Shown one piece after another: positions 39,668-43,980 of a DNA stretch of 43,980 nucleotides (position 1 is the first letter of the stretch; each line of letters starts with the position of its first letter). The position numbers and the translations under genes were made by a program. Source of the DNA: Parvularia atlantis (taxonomy: Eukaryota); contig CALSCO010000229.1 in assembly GCA_943704415.1 (NCBI GenBank), positions 1 to 43,980 on the forward strand. The letters run 5' to 3'. The notes below the pieces were generated by a model. It did not search any database, was not told where the DNA came from, and saw only the letters and a program-made list of their open reading frames with translations.

Positions 39668-40420
39668 GTGCATCAGCAGCGCCTGTACTTCAACAAGAGC
39701 ATTCAGGCCGACGGCGTAACCCTCGGCACCACGCAAGACGGCTGTCTGGCGAAGCACGGCGTCGCTCGCGTGTCCAACCCGTTCAACCACGACGGCACGC
39801 AAAGCTGCCAGATCGACCGCGCTGCGACCTCTACTTTCAGACGTTCGTGCGGTGATCCCGGCTGCATGGCTGGTTCCAAGCTCTTGCAAGGTTATTGAGT
39901 TCTCCTGTTGGGACATTATGACCACTGTGCCGTTCGTTGCAGACGCTTGTATGCTGCACGTTTTGCTCACTTTCTTGCCTGCAGCCTTGTATGCGCTGAT
40001 TAACGGATAGCAGTGTCGTTTTGCACGTTGGTGATGGCAACGACTTTCCAATGTTTTCGATCGAAAGGCTAGGGATGAGAGATTGCTCTCCGGCGATTGG
40101 CGCACGTCGTTGGCTGCGAGCACGATCCCACGCAGCACGCACAGCGCGTCGCGCTCGAGCTGCACCGTCTTGAGCTCGACGTCGATACGCGCGGTCATTT
40201 CGGCCACCATCGCGTCCCGCCATGCCGCCAGTGAAGCTTCACCACCAAAGCGCTCCTTGATATCGCGCACGTAGCCTGCACGTCGCGCCAGAAGTGCGAT
40301 GTCCTTGGCCGCATGCTTTGTCGCGCATTCGCGGCACAGCAGCCGGTCGCACAGCCGGCAGTAGCATATCGCGCCCTCTTTCCGATGCGACCCTCAGCGC
40401 AGCTTGGCGTCGCGTCCAGA
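39668..40420 (+). pseudogene. Possible degenerate Fanzor1/TnpB-like nuclease relic
   Basis: Colinear fragments: FNKSIQADGV (39689-), GDPG (39851-39862), LLGHY...RCRRLY, and after a frameshift VVLHVGDG...MRDCSPAIGARRWLRAR (40015-). Interrupted by stops and frameshifts. Confidence 0.4.
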
Positions 40421-41579
40421 CAAGCGTCGTCATCGTTTTACCACTTTGAAACTGTTATACTTTTAATTGCCACGGCGCAGGTTGGTCTCTCTTGGTGACG
40501 CGCTCGCGCGCGCAGGTTGCGCTTGGCTCGTCGACACGAGCGGCCGCACATCGCCACGCCTAAAGCTGACGCCGTCGTCAACCACCAGTCGCATCCTCGA
40601 CGTCGTCGTCCGTCGCTCGCAGATAGTGTGGAAACACGGCAGCAGGCCTCGCACGCTACAGAAGGAGCGGCAGATGGTGCAGTCGCTCTGATCGGCTCGA
40701 CGTCCGCAGCGGTGCTCGGTGCACCCAGACCACGCGGCACGGCACGCTCGGCGTTGTGCAGCGATACGGCGCAGCTTAGCAAGGCAAATGCTGCCACCAG
40801 CGGAAAGTTGCTAGCTCCACCTGTCGATGATCAGCATTGGCAGGCTCAGTGAAGTCCGTCTGGGCTGCGCAAGATCTGAGTGGGCTGATTATGCCGTTCG
40901 ACCTTGCTTTGCAGTCGATTGTATGATTGTTTCGAAGAGTGCGCGCCAGCGCGCCAACACTTTCGTGTGAAATTTCTTGCCTGCATTGGCACGTACGTAG
41001 TGCAAGCCACCCCGATAGCAGACAGACCATGCGCGCCTTCGAGCAATCGCAACAACAGACTCGAGGTTGTCTCCAGCGAATCAGCTATTCCACGCTGATA
41101 CCTTAGTCTGCTGGTGCAAAACGAAAGCGTCAGCTTATGTGCCGAAGCACCACTATATACCTACATGTCATGCACGGAGCCGCACTAAGCAGTGAGAGCA
41201 CGCGCAGGCCCATGTTGTTCCGTAGTCCATCGGCCAAGTTGCGCTGCACTGGTTGCGCTGAGTGACGAGCGCATCGTTTGGCCTAATGAGTGACAGAGAA
41301 ATGCGAGCATACGCAGAGCTGCCGCGCCTGCCCGCAGCACCTTGCTTAGTGCAGCGGCGCCCACGGCGCTGACCTTTCGAAATCTGCTGCGTGCCGTCGC
41401 TCAGTGAATTCAACTTTTTGCAGCGCTCTCGTGTAGTTGCAGCTTGCCAATGATGTCGAGGGCCAGCTTCTCTAGACCGTGTTTGTGGAGCACTCTCGCT
41501 ATACCCACGGCAACATCCGTTTGCCGGCATTGCCCAAGAAGTCGACAGCCGAGCAACACACACACAGACAAGCGCCTCA

Positions 41580-43980
41580 TCATGATTCGTCTGCGATGCT
41601 GTACGGCGGTGCCTCGTCGGGCTCCACACCGAAGCCCAGCTGCGCGCGTCCGGTCAGTGCCACGAAGACCAACGTGCAAATTCCACGCGCACCTCGAGCA
41701 GCTCACGAAGCCGGCGCTCGGCGTCCAGCCCTTGCTGGCGGCGCGGAGGGGGCGACTGCGCTTGCGGCGGCGGGAGGTCCACGGGCGCCTCGACCGATGC
41801 ACGTGCCTTGCTCTTGGACTTGCGCTGCTCCCGCGTCGGCACAGCTGCCGCCTGCGTGCTGCGCCGACCAGCGGCTGCAGCACTTGACGCGGCGGAAGCA
41901 GATGACGCAGCCGCTCCTGCCTGCGCTGCCGAGCTGGAGGGTGCCGGAGCGTAGAACGACGTTACCTGTACCTGGTCGCGTCGTCGCGTGACGGCCTCCT
42001 CGGTCGTAGCCGCCTCAGACGGCCTCGATGATGTCTCGCGTAGAGCGCTGTAGCTCTCCTCCGATAGCTCGTTTCCGAAGCCAAGCTGTGCACACCGCAC
42101 GTGAGGCCATGCGAGCAAAAGATCGGCGTGAAAGAAACGCACGTCAAGCAGCTCGGCCAGGCGTCTGTCCGCGTCGAGGCGACCGCGCTGATCTGCAGCC
42201 TCCGCAGAACCAGAGCCGGCGGCGCCCGCCAGTTCGCTCGGTCGCTTGCCACTACGCACGGGCGCATCCTGTGCGTCGGCCCTGCTCCACGGAAAGAACG
42301 CGCTCTTGCGCTGCGGCTGCTGCCCTTCGGCGGCTGGGTCGAGCACGAGATTGGGGCCGAGGTTGCGCGGGAACGGCCCAGACGGCGCTGCCAGTGCGCC
42401 CTGGGCGACGTAGTCTGAGAACTGCGACGCGGGCGGGGCCCTGCCCGAAAGCAGCTCGGCACGCGTGCGTTCGACCGGGCTGCGCGGCTTGGCAGCAGGA
42501 AGGATGAACTGGTCCAGCATGCTGTCCAGTGTCTCCATGTTCTCGATCCCGCCGAGCCCAAGCTGAGACGCATACGTCACCTCGCAGACAAAGCCCGCAA
42601 AGCGCACGCACGTCTAGGAAGTCCTGGATGGGCGCGCCCTCGAACGCCGCCGCATCGAGCGAGCGGCCCGTGCGGTTTGGCACATCGGCGAGGTCGGTTG
42701 GCCTCAGCGCGTCAAAGGCCGTGCTCTTGCGACGGGCGGCCACCTCAGCAGGCTCAGAAAGGCCACCCTCTTCTGCGCAAAACGATCAGCAACAAGCGGC
42801 GACGTTTGGGACGGCCAACGGCTCACCCTCGTCTGTGCGCAAACGGTAGCGCCGGTACAGCAGAATGCCCACGCACAGCAGCAGAAGGAATGCGACGCCA
42901 CCCACAACGATGCCGACGATGACGCCAGGGTTGCCGAAAAGCGAGCCCGGCGGTGGCGGAGACGGCTGCAACACACCGGGGCAGTCGACCAGCTCGCCAC
43001 CGATCGAGCCGTCTGAGTGTGAAAGGGTAAGTAAGATACACGATCGGCCATGATCGCGCCGGTGCACACCAAAGCTGTCGTCAAACGATGCGCCACAGAG
43101 CGAGCTGCCAGAAAGCAGCACCAGAGAGGCCCCCGAAGTAATCTGAGCATCGTGCGCATGAGAAAAACAGATCACCGTGTCATCAAAAAACCTGGTAAAA
43201 GCTCGTCATGTTGCAGTCCAGGCCGTCGATCCGCAGAACGCCTGTGACGTTGCGCGAAATAAAAGCATACCCAATCTGCAAAGTCGGAACGCCCAAAGGT
43301 TGCCGGACGTTTGCGCCAGACAGGCCGCCCGCTCCACAGCTGACCACTTCTGACTCGAATGCAAGGGTGTACGCAGCTCGTCTCCGCGATGCGTCCAGAA
43401 CAAAAGTCCCCAGAGACACCGAGATGCCGCCGCCAGGCGAGATCACGGAAGACGGAATGTCCATGATAAACGTCACAACGGGACCAGGCGTAGGCGTGCT
43501 TGTAGCGCTCGCAGTAGCGGATCGCGTAAACGACGCAGTATCTGACTCTGAAAAGCTCGCGGTAGCAGATTCCGTGAAGCTCGCCGTTGCGCTTTGCGTG
43601 TCCGACTGCGTGAAGCTCGCCGTCGCGCTCTGCGTGAACGACGCCGTGTCCGACTGGGTGTAGCTCGCCGTGTCCGACTGCGTGTAGCTCGCCGTCGCAC
43701 TCTGCGTGTCCGACTGCGTGAAGCTCGCCGTCGCGCTCTGCGTGAACGACGCCGTGTCCGACTGGGTGAAGCTCGCCGTGTCCGACTGCGTGAAGCTCGC
43801 CGTCGCGCTCTGCGTGAACGACGCCGTGTCGGACTGCGTGAAGCTCGCCGTGTCCGACTGCGTGTAGCTCGCCGTCGCGCTCTGCGTGTCCGACTGCGTG
43901 AAGCTCGCCGTCGCGCTCTGCGTGAACGACGCCGTGTCCGACTGGGTGTAGCTCGCCGTGTCCGACTGCGTGTAGCTCGC
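41580..43980 (-). CDS. Type I membrane protein with mucin-like Thr/Ser repeat ectodomain; 5' end lies beyond the window
   Basis: Open minus frame of (ASFTQSDT/ASYTQSAT)n, a Cys-containing globular segment, a PSPPPP linker, TM helix GVIVGIVVGGVAFLLLLCVGILLY followed by RRYR, and a spliced cytoplasmic tail ending PPYSIADES*. Confidence 0.7.
43520..43980. repeat. Coding tandem repeat with 24-bp unit (8 aa) and occasional 12-bp half units
   Basis: Recurring GCTCGCCGTGTCCGACTGCGTGAA / GCTCGCCGTCGCGCTCTGCGTGAA units running to the window end. Confidence 0.93.

Noticed and set aside
39548..40270. 240-aa minus-strand ORF as a real gene
   Set aside because: No recognisable motif or introns; it lies antisense to the suspected decayed element.
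43520..43980. CRISPR-like array
   Set aside because: Units abut with no unique spacers, are multiples of 3 and form an open Thr/Ser-rich reading frame; no cas genes; eukaryotic context.

Overview
This is GC-rich, very compact eukaryotic DNA, not prokaryotic. Bases 362-38105 hold about 21 protein-coding genes, nearly all split by many ~50-75 nt spliceosomal introns (GTGCGC-type donor, GCTGAC/GCTCAC branch-like motif, YAG acceptor), so most entries in the ORF track are exon/intron read-through or shadow frames. Hand-spliced genes in order: aminoacylase-1, DBP2-like DEAD-box helicase, a phospho-lyase/hydroxylysine-kinase fusion, a J-domain protein, a bacterial-type SDR, Cdc42, phosphomannomutase, BLOC1S5, a YccF-domain membrane protein, Pus10, TM-type tRNase Z, tropomyosin, KNL1/Spc105, a UBA-UBX-LRR-SHP protein, Sld5, an MTA/SAH-deaminase-like amidohydrolase, WASHC3, MsrB, SDA1, a 5'-incomplete RasGEF and LACTB2. 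After ~38.1 kb the composition changes: decayed mobile DNA (an L1/Tx1-like fragment and a possible Fanzor/TnpB relic), then the 3' part of a mucin-like type I membrane protein gene with 24-bp repeats. Cdc42, a short fungal-like tropomyosin, WASH, BLOC-1 and Pus10 together suggest a unicellular opisthokont on the fungal side, such as a nucleariid or early fungus (inference only). The most notable observations are the reversed-order lyase-kinase fusion, two divergent genes sharing one CATG, co-directional genes only 16-40 nt apart, frequent GC-AG introns plus one GG-AG intron, the candidate Fanzor relic and paired kappaB-like sites. All gene models were spliced by eye; no database search was run.
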